64,000 nt of DNA from Callorhinchus milii (GCF_018977255.1 NW_024704751.1:5704001-5768000), one strand, 5' to 3'. Numbered from the stretch's first letter, positions 48,150 through 61,735 are shown. Numbers and translations are program-made. The notes: generated by a model not told the origin, from the sequence alone.

Positions 48150-48770
48150 GAGGGAGCGTCTCGCAGTTTGGAGGCGAAGGTGAGCAGCGGCCCCGCCCCT
48201 GGTGCCGTGGGCGGGTTGGAGCGGGTGACCGACGCTCCCTTGGCTTGGCTCTCGCGCACGCGCACCTCTCTCTCACTCTCTCTCTCTCTCTGTCACCCTG
48301 ACCGCGCGCGCACGCACGGACCTACGCACGCACGCACGCAGGCACGCACGCAGGCAGGCAGTCCTCGCCCCGCCCACACCCCCACACACACACACACACA
48401 CACACACACGCCCTCCCTCGCGACGGCGCTCGAGCCGCGGCGGCGGCGGCGACGGCGGCGCAGGCGCAGAGCAGCGCCATTTTAACGGCCGCTCGGCGCT
48501 GCCCGTCGCCGGGTGAGGGAGCGCGCGAGTGCGAGCGACGCAGTCAGTGTGAGGAGGGAGAGCAGAGCATCATCATCGCCATCACCACCACCAACCATCA
48601 CTCTGTGTCAGTGTGTGTGTGTGTGTCTGGATGAGAGGAGGAGGAGGAGGAGAGGTGGTGGCGGCGGCGGCGGAGAAGAAGAAGAGGAGGAGAGAGAGAG
48701 AGAGAGAAAGGAGGAGGAGGTGAGTCTCGACTGTTCCCATCTGACAGACCGCCGCGTTTTTTTTTCTCTC
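48150..48770 (+). promoter_or_regulatory. CpG-island promoter and probable non-coding exon 1 of myo18a (donor after 48719)
   Basis: Dense CpG, (GGC)n, GC boxes, NRF1-like GCGCACGCGCA, YY1-like CGCCATTTT near 48475, GAG|GTGAGT donor. Confidence 0.7.
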
Positions 48771-48825
48771 TCTCTTCTTTTTTTTTGGCATTTAATTTCC
48801 TCTCTTGTTGCTGACATGTGTTTGA

Positions 48826-48858
<33 letters not shown>

Positions 48859-50449
48859 CTATGTATCATCAATAACAACGGCGGCGGTAACGTGTGGAAA
48901 TAATAAAGCTGTCAATCCGACTCCCACCATCACCGAGAGACAGAGCTCGAGGGTTAATTAACATTCCTGAGTGACACACACACACACACAGGTTTTTTTT
49001 GTTTGTGTGCCGAGGTCTTTCGTTGTTTTATCGCTCTGTGTGTGTGTGGGGGGGGGGTGAGGGGGTAGTAGACTGGGTGGGGGGTGTCGACCACCACCAC
49101 TGACCACCCCAGAGAGAGAGAGAGAGATTGAGATTCATTTACATTCCTGAGTCGGTGACACACACACACACATATATACATACACACACATATATATACA
49201 CACACACACATATACACACACGCACACGTTTGTGCTGAGCAACTGGGAGAGAAGGAAGGGGGGGGTGTGGGGGAGAGGAAGGGAGGGAAGAGGGAGGAAC
49301 AGACAGGAGGAGCGGGGATATATATTTTTTTAAAAAAATGATATATAATATATATATATATTATGTAATAATTGTACAGGAGGAATTTTCTTTTCCACCC
49401 ACTCCACTCCACTCCCTCCCTTCAGAAAAGTCCAGGGAAGCAGCAGGCAAGACAAGGCGTGTGTGTGTGTGTGTGTGTGTGTGGAGAGAGAGAGAGAGAG
49501 AAAGGCAGTGCAGGAATGGCTGCTCCATAGGGTTTGACAAAGGATCATATTTTTACTCCCCCCCCCCCCTCCCTCTCTCTCTCTCCCTCTCTCTTTGCTC
49601 TCTCTCTCTCTCTCTCTCTCTTGCTCTGTTACCGCAAGCTCTCTCTTCCACTGTGTCAGTTCGGTGAGTCGGGATTCACAGGCCAGTTGTTGTTGTTGTA
49701 CCAACGAGAGCTCCGTCTGGCCCTGTCGGGCCAGCTGGGGAGCAAACGAGGTAAAGATAAAAGAGCTGTACTGTACTGTACAGTGCGACGACTTGCCTCT
49801 TTAACTTAAATAAAAAGGCGCAGCAGGCAAGGGCACTGCAGTAGCTTCAATCCTGGGAAACAACCCTGTTTATGTCAAAGCTGCCCCCCTCACCCCCCAG
49901 CTTTTTTTTTCAATTTAGAGTTAAAATGCTCGGTTGTTACTTGTGCGCTGCTGTGAAACCCAAATGGCAAATTGTGTGCATTGAAAACTGGGAAGTAACG
50001 TGCAAATCTATTGTTTCAAAAGCACCCACTGCTTTCGAACAAGATGATGATGCTCTCTCTCTCTCTCTCCACAACAAGTATCGTTTCACCAGAACACAAA
50101 AAGAGTATTATTTTGCTCTGCTCCTTTGCCCCTCAGAAATTAAACCTCATCCATTGCCTCAGAGTAGGCTTTGTACTGTTGTGAAAATATTGACAGTTGA
50201 GGATAGTATCTTATTTTTCAGTATTTACCTATTGTAATTCATATTCAGTTGTCGTATGTGTTTTACCAAAGTTGTTATAACAATTTTACAACTCAGCCAA
50301 CTTACTATAGGTGCTCCATGGGTTATATGATGTGTAAAAATATTTAATCTAATCAGCAAGGGGGTATTCATCTAGAGGGTTTGATTGTCCTTAAGTTCCT
50401 GCAGTATGTTCATTAAATAAATAGTGCAGAACTGACCAGTAAGATGAGT

Positions 50450-50889
50450 GTCAGCCTGGCTCAATAGTAGCACTCTCCCCTTGTAAGTCAGAAGGTTGTG
50501 GGTTCAAGCCCCATATCAGGACTTGGAAACATATAGTCTAAGATGACACTCAAATGCAGTGCGGTGGGTGAGTTGCGTTGTTGCAGGTGCTGTCTTTTGG
50601 ATGAGACGTTAAACCGATGTCCCGTTTGCCTGTTCGGGGACGTTAGAGATCCCATGACACTATTTGAAAAGAGAAGGGAGTTTCTCCTGGGTGTCCTGGC
50701 CAACAATCCCCCAAATAAAATTGGCCACTCAACCCAGGGCTGTTTGTGGGACATTGCTGTGTGCAAACTGTCTGCAAGGTTTTGCCCAGAAAATACACAG
50801 TCAATTCCTTTTACGGTATATCTTGATGAAGCACTTTGAAGATGTCTTGATGATATGATAAAGCGCGATATCAAATGCACTATTATTAT
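50450..50889 (+). mobile_element. Full-length DeuSINE/SacSINE1-like element
   Basis: Head GGCTCAATAGTAGCACTCTC...GTCAGAAGGTTGTGGGTTCAAG; Deu core GGATGAGACGTTAAACCG...GATCCCATG...CCTGGCCAACAAT; L2 tail. Confidence 0.85.
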
Positions 50890-51707
50890 GAGTATTGCTC
50901 AGCATTGTTGTTCAAAAAGTTTTTCCTCCAATAATTAATAGCTGACATTTGAAATCTACTTGTGGTATCCGTATTTTTAAAAAAATTAGCTAAAATTGAG
51001 CATAATTTCACATTTTTGTCAAATAGTATTAATTTTAAGTAGATTTTTTTTTAGTGTGATGGCAGTTACCCCAAAACTATGCTACAAAACCTCAATTTCC
51101 ATTAAAAAGTGCATTTCTTAAAATGCTGACTGTTCGATGGATCAGTTTATTGCCAATGTGAGTGCTTTTTCAATTTAAAACATTTGTTTATCCAGACAGA
51201 AAAATAACTTGTATCATAGAATGTGCCATTCTTATAAAATTACCAATTATTCTTATTGAAGATATTTGATATTGATTTGTATATAAAATTAGTGATTACT
51301 GATAACTTTTGAAGGTGAAAGAATTTGAGATGATCTGAAGACGTGAAGTGGCTGTCACATGGAGGGAAGTTCAAATACTGGATTAACTTGTTTTTCAACA
51401 GCATTCCTGACTGGAATGCTACTTTGCCAGGATATAGAACATTTCTGGTCTTTCAAGTCAAGCTCATAGTATCTTTAGGAGAAATCTGTAGTTATTTTTT
51501 TCTCTCTAAATATCAATGGACAGGGAATAGCAAATATTACTGCTAATAGCAAATATACAGCTGAAGCACGTAAAATGCTATAAAGCATCGACATTTGCAT
51601 GTTTTATATAAAGAAATGCATCTGTTTTGCTTGGTTGTGCTTTCATTAGATTTGTGCACATTTCTGAGCAAGGTACCTTTTGGTACTGCATTGAATTTAA
51701 TTTTAAA

Positions 51708-52016
51708 AATCCTTGCATTTGATATAGCGCTTTTCACGTCGGGAGGACGTCCCAAAGCGCTTCACAGAACACACTGTAAAGTGAATTGACTGTATATTTG
51801 TGGGCGAATGCGGCAGCCAATTGCGCACAGCAATGTCCCACAAACAGTCGTAGATTGAAAATGACCAATTTGTTATTGTGTTTGGTTTTGGAGGGATTAT
51901 TATTAGGCTCTGTGTGGAGTAAGGAAACTTGCCCAAGGTTTCGCCCTCTGCCTGGAATTGAACTCAGGTCTCTCACTTGCAAAGCGAGTGCTCTAACCAC
52001 TGAGCTACAGGACTCC
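51708..52016 (-). mobile_element. Near-identical copy of the SINE at 33270, inverted
   Basis: Same head, core and tail; both copies give the same spurious ORF MGKFPYSTQSLIIIPPK. Confidence 0.9.
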
Positions 52017-52777
52017 AATTTGTGTCATGTCTCCATGCTCTTTTATTCTCAATCATTTATCTATATATAGCCTTGTGTATATTGTAATGTAAGTGGTACT
52101 AATTGGGCTAGAATCATTAATTGTGAGGGTGAAACTCAGGCAGTTTATTAATATCTATTCAATTCAATTTCATGACCTTGAACATCGCTCTGGATTTTGT
52201 GCATAAATACATGTAGGTGAAATCTGTAGAGCTTGTTTTTTATTTTTATGATAGGAACAGGTAATGTGTGGTTGATATTTCAAACTCTACTACGTTTCTC
52301 ATATTTGTTTTCTTTTAGGGGTTGCAAGTTCATAATTTTCTAGTATTTCTGTATTTCAGCCTAATTGTAACTTTGGATAGAAAACTCTTGGGAAAGTAGA
52401 GTATTGAAGTTCTTTAATAACACTTTTATTTTGATTTATCAGAACCACTGTGGTGTTAGAATGTGAAAATGATTTAATGTTTGCAAACATGTTGTGTCAT
52501 AGAAACTTTGTAATTCATCAGAATCTGAAAGATACAAGTTACCCTAATAAGTACAATTGTATTTTCCTTCTCAGATACATTTACTAATGTAATTGTAACA
52601 CTTGACAATGTTACAGTATGTCAAAGGAAATTGACTCATCCAACAGTCTATATCCAATCTACACATGTACAATTTAATGTAGTGATACATAATATAATAT
52701 AATTTATCTTGTGCCTTTCATGCTGAGAGAACCTGCACATCTGCTTGCTATGTGTAAGAATTGTAAGCATAGCAGGT

Positions 52778-53030
52778 TACAACAACAACAGCAAGATTTC
52801 ATTTATAGAGCGTCTTTCACGTCGGGAGGACGTCCCAAGGCGCTGGACAGTTGGGTCAGGACCCGAGCATTGGGGAAATGGTGAGGGTGAGGGAAGGGAG
52901 GGAGTGAGGGGGGGGGGTAGAGAGTCGAGAGGAGAGCTGAAGGCACGGTCAAAGAGAAAGGTCTTGAGACCGGCCTTGAAGGAGGAAAGGGAGGAAGCAA
53001 GGCGAAGGCACTGGGGGATAGAGTTCCAGG
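52778..53030 (-). mobile_element. L2-type LINE 3' end
   Basis: WNSIPQCLRLASSLSSFKAGLKTFLFDRAF; tail shares the SINE 3' stem-loop. Confidence 0.85.
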
Positions 53031-53849
53031 TTAGTCTTTTCTTTGAGTGTAAGGTTCCTGATTGAAATAGTTTCCAGTGAGTTACCAGTAAGCATGAATC
53101 TATAGTATAAATCTGGCCATAATTTGACACCAGCTACTAGTTTTGTGAAGGAGATGCTACAAAAATGGCTGGGATGCAAAAGCGTTACATTGGCAGAATA
53201 GTAAGTGGTTTTCTGCAGATGAAGTTGAGCAGTTTAGGGATCCTTGCCCTAATGTGATATCTTGTACTTGACCTACCCTTCAAATGGTTAATAGTAATAC
53301 TGTACCAGGTGCTCAAACTATCCATTCTCTCACCTGAATACGTCACCTGATTTTTAATTGTGTGTAGATTGGCATGTTAAACAGGATATTGAGAAACAGA
53401 CTTGCAGTGGGAGTTCATTCCTCTGAGCAGTTTCATAGAATTTTATGACACAGAAAGCGACCAATTGGCCCATCAAGTCTGGACTTGTCTTTTCAACCAC
53501 ATGAGCCACCTAATCTCATACTGTTTCCTGCATACTCCGATAACCTTTAATATTTCTCTATTTCAAACATCTATCCCATTCCTTTCAAAATAAGTTATGA
53601 ACTCACCAAACTGTTAGTGGCAAAGAATTCTATGCTCCAAATGCCTTCATATGCAAATATGTTTTTTCTAACAACCCTTTTAATTCCTTTTGTAATCAAT
53701 CTTAAACGTGTGTTCTCTTTACTGACTCTGACCAGTGGCAAATCATGTCATATGTTAAATAAATGTTATCACCTCACTCAAATGTAGATGCAGTGCAACA
53801 GGTAGTGTCTGTTGGCAATTTTGAATTAACAGTATATAATTGTAGTAAT

Positions 53850-54130
53850 TATAATAATGATCCTTGCATCTGATATCGTCACATCATTCAGATGTTTCAA
53901 AGCACTTCACAGTATATACTGTAAAGTGGAGTGACTGTGTTGTATAGGCAAAATGCGGCAGCCAGTTGCGCACAGTCATGTCCCACAAGAGGCCCTGCAG
54001 TAAATGACCAATTTTATTTGGGGGATTGTTGGCTAGGAAACCGGGAGAAACTCTTCTCTTTTCGAATAGTGCCATGAGATCTTTAACATGAACAGGGAGA
54101 TGGGACCTCAGGTTTGCGTTTCATATGAGA
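53850..54130 (-). mobile_element. DeuSINE-like fragment in myo18a intron 1
   Basis: Reverse complement core and tail. Confidence 0.75.
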
Positions 54131-54379
54131 ACTGGTCTTAGAAGATCTCTTAGAAGATTCCTCTAGTTAAAACATATCTAGTTAAGCTTACGTTATAGAT
54201 GTAGTGTATTTTATTGTAACTATTATTCTGTTTTAATTTCAGGCACAGAATATATTTGGTCATAACTATTTAAGAAGGAAAGTGACCTGCATTTGGCAAG
54301 ACTGACTTCAGCTGAACTGTTTGAAAATCCTTTCTTTATAGAATTTTTTTAATATCTTGCACAAAGATCAACATTCAAA

Positions 54380-55378
54380 ATGTTTAACTTAATGAAGAAA
54401 GAAAAGAAGGAGAAGAAAGATAAGAAGGAAAAGCGGGAGAAAATGTCTCAAGCTGAATTAAAGAGTCTTGAGGAAGTTGGTCTGCGGCGAGGACTTTTTA
54501 ATTTGAATAGATCCTCAAAGAGGGACTCAAAGACCAAACTGGAAATTTCAGCCCCCATTCCGATAAAAGTCGCAAGCAGTTCCGATCTCAATCTTACTGA
54601 TATTGATTCAGACAGTATTAGTAATCGAGGAAGCATGATTTACGATTCTGAGCAACTGAGTACTGCCAGTTCCAGTGATGACCTCAAAGTGGATGATGGT
54701 AGTTTGAAGGGGTCAGTGCTTCAGCGAGCAGCCTTGTTTGGCTCTCTTGCAAAGCAAAATTCTGTCCAATTAGTAAAGAGGTTTTCTTTCTCACAAAAAA
54801 GTCGAGATGAAACGCCATCAGAAATGTCAACGCCGTCAGAAAATTCTGCAACACCTTCACCACAGATCGAGATGCAAAACGATGCTCTGCTTCTTCAGTA
54901 CTTGCAAGAAAAAACAAAAAATCCATCCTTGATGGCAACTCCCGCCAATGTTCCAATTCCAGAAGTTGTAGATAAAACCTTTGTAGCTGATCTCCGCTTG
55001 CCTCCTGTAGTTCCACCTCAGCCCACAGAACCCAGAGAGCTTGTGTTGCAGAGAAGAAATACGGGAGATTTTGGCTTCTCTTTGCGGAGAACGACCATGC
55101 TGGACAAAGGACCCGATGGGCATGTTTACCGCAGGGTGGTACACTTTGCTGAGCCTGGAGCTGGTACTAAAGATCTGGCATTGGGACTAGTGCCTGGGGA
55201 CAGGCTGGTGGAGATAAATGGTAGGAATGTTGAGAACAAATCACGGGATGAGATAGTTGAGATGATTCGCCAATCAGGAGATACTGTAAGGTTGAAAGTG
55301 CAACCGATCCTTGAATTGAGTGAACTCAGTCGATCCTGGTTGAGAAATAGTGAAGGATTTCGCAAAGATGCGTTTGAT
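54380..55378 (+). CDS. myo18a: Unconventional myosin XVIIIA, first coding exon (KE-rich region and PDZ domain; exon starts at 54243); the gene continues beyond the window
   Basis: [13 protein letters not shown]...[14 protein letters not shown]...[20 protein letters not shown]...[28 protein letters not shown]...[14 protein letters not shown]; GAT|GTAAGT after exactly 999 nt. Confidence 0.96.
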
Positions 55379-57934
55379 GTAAGTATGAATCGTTTTAATA
55401 TTTAACTGTCATTCTATTCCTCTTTCAGGTTTGAATCTGGGGCTGTAAATATCTAGGGAATTATCTTCAGAACTTACCAAGTATCTGCATTATCTCACAA
55501 ATATTTGTTACAAAGCAGAGCTTAATTTTCTTAAGCAAGTTTCTTATTCAATAATTGCATAGTTTTGTCATTGCTATTAGAGTTTTCTTAAATAGATCCT
55601 GAGGAATGCATTGCATGTGGTTCTGTGCTTACAAGTCTTTATGATGTCAGTGATATTGTTCCTGCAGCTGTTTACTTCTGCTAAAAAAACTCATTTTTAT
55701 TTTATGTTCTGATTCCAGTTTTGATATTGTCTTGAAAGATAACAGTACTTTATTTTTGGAGCAAATTAATGCAAATTTAGGTTACTGGACGACCAGCTAC
55801 CATTGCTACTAGTTTTTCCAAATATCAAGATCTGGATGAAGTACATCAATAGAACATTGTTTTGGAAATTTGGTTATCACTAGTATTACATTAACTGTTG
55901 ATATACCTTGTTTGCCACTTTGAAGAAAGAGCTGCAACAGCAGGCTTCTATGTTGTACTGTGTCATTTGATTAAAGCCATATTAAAACAAAGTCTTGATA
56001 GGATATAAGTAGATGAAAAAGACACTGTTTCAGGCTTTTTGTATTTGTCTTATGATGCATGTGTGTGTGAAACATCGCATTAGTGTTTGCTTTTGTGTTA
56101 TTTTGTAACCACAATGAAGTATAATTGTTAGTTATCCATTCAGAAAGATGATTCTTTCACTGTGTAATTTTTGTCATTGTTGACTTTAATGACAAGATAG
56201 ATGTTACAAAATATGTTTTCAGAACTGTTCTCTTTTGATGATGCAGTAGGAGTCCCATGCAATATTCATCTATGCGAACATTAAATCTATGCTTAGTATC
56301 TTATTATTGTGTAGAGGTTAACAATTACACAACCGAAACCTTGAATAGCAGCGAGCAACAAAAACTTGCACTTATATAGTACCCTTTCACATTAGGAATA
56401 CAACTCAAACTCCTTCATGAAATTTACTGTGAATTGTTGTGACTGCATTTCACAGCAATACCCCACAAATGTTTTTTGACCAATTTAACTCGGGTTTTGT
56501 TGACTTTTTTTGAATATTGCCATGGGATATTTATCATACAAAACAGGCAGGTAGAACTTCAATTTAACATCTCATCCAAAGGATAGACCTCAACACCCTT
56601 GAGTATTGTATTTGAGTGTCGGCCTCGTGAGTGCTACCAGCTGAGTCATCATAAACAGCATTTTTTCTCTTTCAGATTTTTCGAATTGCATGTATAGAAT
56701 TGTCTTTTTGTGCACAAACTAATAGTTGAGGAGTTGGGGGGAGAATAAAGAAAGCATTGCATGCATAAATGTTATTGCCACATAGGAATCCTTTAAAATT
56801 GTAGTAAATAACCACCATATTCTGCACATACTCTCTACCATATGGTACTGATACGATTTGAATTCCTGTGGTTGAAGTGACGTCCATTGTTCTCATTTAC
56901 AGATTTAGTTTTCAGCAGATGGGTCTTATTTAATCCCAAATTTCCCAAATTGTCCATTCCTGTAAACTGACTACAATCAGGATGGTAGATACTGCATGCC
57001 GATTGCAAATATTGTTATTTGTTAATGAAAAGCAGACCCATGCTGTTTACTGTTTGTGCATTTCGCCCGAGAAATTAGGTATACAGGGTTGTTTAAGCAA
57101 ATTGCACTATGCTTATAAAATGTTACAGAGTAGATTAAAAGAAGTAGACTCCCAACATATAATTGTGGAAGAATTAAAATAGCCTTGGGGAGTGCGAGTC
57201 AAGGGATTTGAAATCCTCAGCCCAGTTCTGTGAAATGTAGCATAGTAATTTTTGGCTTATGTGTTTCTTCGTGCTATTTTTGGACACATTATTAAATGCA
57301 GGTGGTTTTCTGAGTTGACCTTACAAAATATATCCTTAGTTGTCAGAAATAGAGAAATGCAGGCAAGACAATCCATGTTTTCATAAGATCTTAAGCATAA
57401 ACAAAGCACAAGGTTAATAAATGCCTTGCTGACTGTATTTGGGCTTCCAGAAAAAAAATTAGAAGCTATTTCATGTAAATTCTTGAGCTACTGACTTTAA
57501 AGAAGTTTTCATTGGGACATCTGAATCTCCTGTCCTTGTATGAGTTGTATTTAATAGTGAATTTCAATAGCCTTGGCAGTCATATCTATCTGACTTCTTT
57601 ATTTATTTGTGTAGAATGTATTTTGTCTCCTATCTCTGCTTTTCCGATTTGCTCCTTTCTCAGCTTCAAGCTACTAAGCTTTGCTGGGCTACAATTTTGC
57701 AGGTGTTGGGTGCCTTTCAATACATCACCCAGGTGAGCCTAGATATTCTATTGGCAAGCTATTTGACTGAAGATCATCACAGCCAAGCCAGATTTCATCT
57801 TCTCTCAACTAGTAAGCACTAGGAAACCGGACTGATGTTTGCTACCTAGTCCACTTTTTAGTATCCCTATACTTACCCTGGCTGAGCTGTCAGGCAGTAC
57901 TGGCTTGGATGCACTCTGAAAACTCCTGTGCAAA

Positions 57935-58298
57935 TAATAATATATATAATCCTTCTATTTGATATAGGGCCTTATTACATTGTTGAAATATCTTAAAGTG
58001 TTTCACAGAATATAGTGTAAAATGGATTGACTGTGTAATTTGTGGACAAAACTTGCACAGCAGTGTCCCACAAACAGTGACTTGGATTGATGGATTGAGT
58101 GACCAAATTTTTTTTTGAAGAAATTATTACCCCTGTAGAAAAGATCTGGCAATTGGCTAACAACAGGTTTCCTACTTACTGCTAGTTAAACAGAGGTGTG
58201 TGGAGAAGGGAAACTTGCCTAAGGTTTTGTCCTGCTGGGAATCGAACCCAGGTCCTCTGCTTGTGAGACAAGTGCTCTAACCATTACGCTACAGGGCT
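57935..58298 (-). mobile_element. Full-length older tRNA-headed SINE (8455-type body)
   Basis: Revcomp head TAGCGTAATGGTTAGAGCAC...GGGTTCGATTCC, body and tail. Confidence 0.8.
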
Positions 58299-58349
58299 AT
58301 ACATGCATGTTTTGTATCTATGAAATCAGGACTGTGGCCATAAGTGGCA

Positions 58350-58754
58350 GGTGGCTAAGGTTAGAGGGGTCTCTGGATCAGAAAGTTGTGGGTTCAAGTC
58401 ATTGATTGTGACCTTTTGAGCTCCTAGTTTAAATTAAAACTCCATTGCAGTGTTGGGGGAGTGCCTGGTTCTTAGAGGCGCTGTGTTTCAAATATGAAAT
58501 TCAACCAAGGTTCCATCTTCCTGCACAAATAAATATTAAAGAACCCATGACACTATCTGAGAAGAGTTTCTCCCAGTGTCCTGACCAACAAATCTTCCAC
58601 TCAAAGTGGTTGGTCACTTCCTGGCTGTAGCTTTGTGCAAAGTTAGCTGCCGCATTCATCTATAATACATAGTAATGGTGCTTAACATTAAATACTGAGA
58701 ATTGTTTTGACACGTTTCAATGCAATAAGGCAAATGTCAAAATGCAAGGATTAT
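58350..58754 (+). mobile_element. Old DeuSINE-like element, head-to-head with the previous SINE
   Basis: TCAGAAAGTTGTGGGTTCAAG head, decayed core, AATGCAAGGATT tail. Confidence 0.7.
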
Positions 58755-61319
58755 GCTTAAGTTATGCATATTGAATCAGAGAAGCTAAAAATCGAACTGC
58801 CTTTGCCTTTTTTAATACAAATTTGTACAAAGAGGATGTGGGTTTGCCTCTGTGGTTTGGGGTAATGAAATCTGTACTTTTTATGTTTAGAGCTGACTGC
58901 CCCTTCAGATTCAGATGTGGTTTTTAGATCTCTTTTTGTGGCCTCTTTAAAGCCTTTATATTGCATCATATAATTCCAATGAATAATTTCTGTGGGCTTT
59001 GTTTCTTATTTGTAGAACAGCAGTAGATTTTTTTTAGCGCATATGTATGTTTGTGCATCAGTACAGTTTTATCAGTTTTAACAATAAATTGTCTTTTCTA
59101 TGTGCATATTTTAGCTTCCAGTAGTTCAGAACAGTAATGAAGGGTAGGATGGTACACTGAGATATATTAAGAGTTCAATATACTGTACTAAAACAAAAAT
59201 ATTGTATAATTGGTGTACAACTTTTAGAATAACTGATACTTGAGAACTTTAATTAACGAGTTTACGGTGACATTATTTTTAGTAAATTTGATGAAAACTT
59301 GGAAAATAGTCTGAATATTGAGTCTTTACTGTGCAGTAATTCAAAATGTTTTTTTTGATAGCATGACAATTTGAGTGCCTTGGCAATAATTCTTGCATTT
59401 GGTATTGTACGTATAATGTTAAACATCTCAAAGGTCTGTAAAATGTAGTGACTGTGGATTTTGTAGGTGAACTTGGCAGCCAATTTGTGCACAGTAATGC
59501 GCTTCAGTTTAATGTCCCATTTAAAAGGATGGTATCTCTGACGATGCAGGGCTCACCCAGTAGATTGTGATTAAATTTTTCCAAAAAGAATCCCACCATT
59601 TCAAAGTAAAATGCTTTTTTGTGCTTTTCACGATAGGATTGTTTCTGCAATGAAATAAAGTTAATATATTTTCCATCTTGGGAATCCATTTTCAACATCA
59701 AAAACTCCCTGGTCAAATATAGCGGATAAAGAGCCTGTAGCTGACAATGAGACCAAAAGTTGACAAATGTTTTTTTTCCCAGCACAGTGGTGAATGTACC
59801 AAATGCTGTGGTACTGAAACTATTGCATTTGAGCGTTATTTAGGAAATCGTGTCACAGGAACATGGACTTGTAGTTGGCTCCTCAAACCAACAACTGAAA
59901 AATGGCAATTTGAATAACTATAGTAGTAACAGTGTTGCTTTATTATAACTTTAATAGTTAAACAAAATGAAGACAATGACAGGTCACGCTAAAAATGGTA
60001 ATGTTTCATAATATAAATTCCAAATTGTGTACCATAATTGTAGTTTCAAATAAGTTCTTAAGAGCAGAGTTATTTCTCTTATTTTTGGAAGTGATCTCAT
60101 GCAAACAGGAAATACAGAGGCCAGCGTGTGCTGAGGCAAGTGAATGGCTTCCTGACCTTCGCTGGTTCCAGAGCTGTGCAGTATTTGTTCCTGCTGTGTG
60201 TATGGAGCTTCCCAGTGTTAGCTGTTCAGCTGTTTTTGAAGGCTTTAAATCCGGGGAGTGTGACTCTGTGTGTGTGGGGGGGGGGGGGGGGGGTAGTTGA
60301 GTTAGAATATGATCAAGTGATTTTTTAAAAAATATTTGCTCAGATTTTGTTTGTATAAGATTATCAGGTTAACGTTTCAGCCATATTTGAATTTTTGAAT
60401 TTGCAGTCGGGCTGACAATTCAGTACAGTGCTACAGGAGCACTGGGTTGTTGAAGGTGCTGTGGCACAATTGAAAAGAGTTTCTCCTGGTGTCCTGGCAA
60501 CAATCTCCCACATAAAATTGATCATTCGCTTTGTGATTGTTTATGGAATATTGCTATGAATAATTTAGCTGCTGCATAAGAATTACATAGTCAACTTTAC
60601 AGTAAAATCCTGTGAAGAGCTTTGAGTCATCTTCGCAAAGTGAAGTGCAAGGATTGTATTGCAAAAGAGGTATGGAACTAAATGGGAAATACATTGGAAA
60701 AGTTATTTTATTAACAAATTTATTCAAATTGATTACCTTACTTTGATTACTAACCCCATTTAGTGAAGGTAAAATCATCTCCCTTTCCCGAATAAGACTA
60801 GACTTGGCTTGTAACATTGAAGTGCTCAAGTTTAATTTTCAATAATGGACAATTGGATTCCTGTCTTTATATTTTTAAACCTGTGATCAAATCCCAGCCA
60901 TGACAAATGTTTCAAATACATTTGTTTAGATGGATTTAAAGACCTCACAATGTGTAAAATCATACCTATGGTCAGCCAATGTGAAGTGAAGTTGCGGATA
61001 GTTATGAACAAAAACTTGTATTTATGTAGTGCACTTCATGCAAGCAGCATCTTGGAGCTCTTAACAGCAGCATGGGTGGGGAGGTGACCAATCGCACAGT
61101 CAAAGAGGAATTCTTTCAGTTGTGATTTGATGACTACTTTTCTGGATGAAATAATGCTGAATTACAGAAAAACAGCAATGGGGAAAAGAGAGTTGTATGC
61201 AAGGAGGGAATCTTTGACAAATTAAATTTTTGTAGATTTATTGCCTTTTTATGGGGATGAGCAATATTTTAGGTGAGATTTCCAATGTGGACATTTGCAT
61301 ATAGCAACTAAACTCCATT

Positions 61320-61735
61320 CCCCGATTACCCCAGTCCTTGCCAGACTGCACTGACTGCCTGTCCCAGAGAGGATCGATTTCAAGATCCTTACCCTTGTCT
61401 TCAAATCCCTCCACTCTTCTGCACCCCCCTACCTCTCTGATCTCCTCTCTCCTCACAACAGTGCCCATTGCCTTCGTTCCACCAGGTCTGGCCTCCTCCG
61501 AGTCCTCCGCTCCACCCTCGGCGGCCATGTCTTCAGCCACGACGCTCCGAGGCTCTGGAACTCCCTTCCTCACTCCCTTTGCCTCACTCACTCTCTCGTC
61601 TGAAGACCTTTTCGACTCCGCCTTTGGTCACCTTCCTTCCCCTCCCCCTGGCTCTGCCCTGGGATCCGTTATTGTGAAATGCTCTGAGACGCTGTTCGGC
61701 GTGGAGGGCACTATATAAATCCAAGTTGTTGTTGT
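61320..61735 (+). mobile_element. L2-type LINE 3' fragment
   Basis: Decayed LHWLP..RIDFKIL-like and AP.LWNSLP-like segments, tail GGCACTATATAAAT...GTTGTTG. Confidence 0.75.

Noticed and set aside
47724-48875. 253-aa and neighbouring ORFs
   Set aside because: They run through a SINE remnant, microsatellites and the GC-rich myo18a promoter; no protein-like composition
55379-55405. End of the 341-aa myo18a ORF (VSMNRFNI*)
   Set aside because: Intron read-through past the GTAAGT donor
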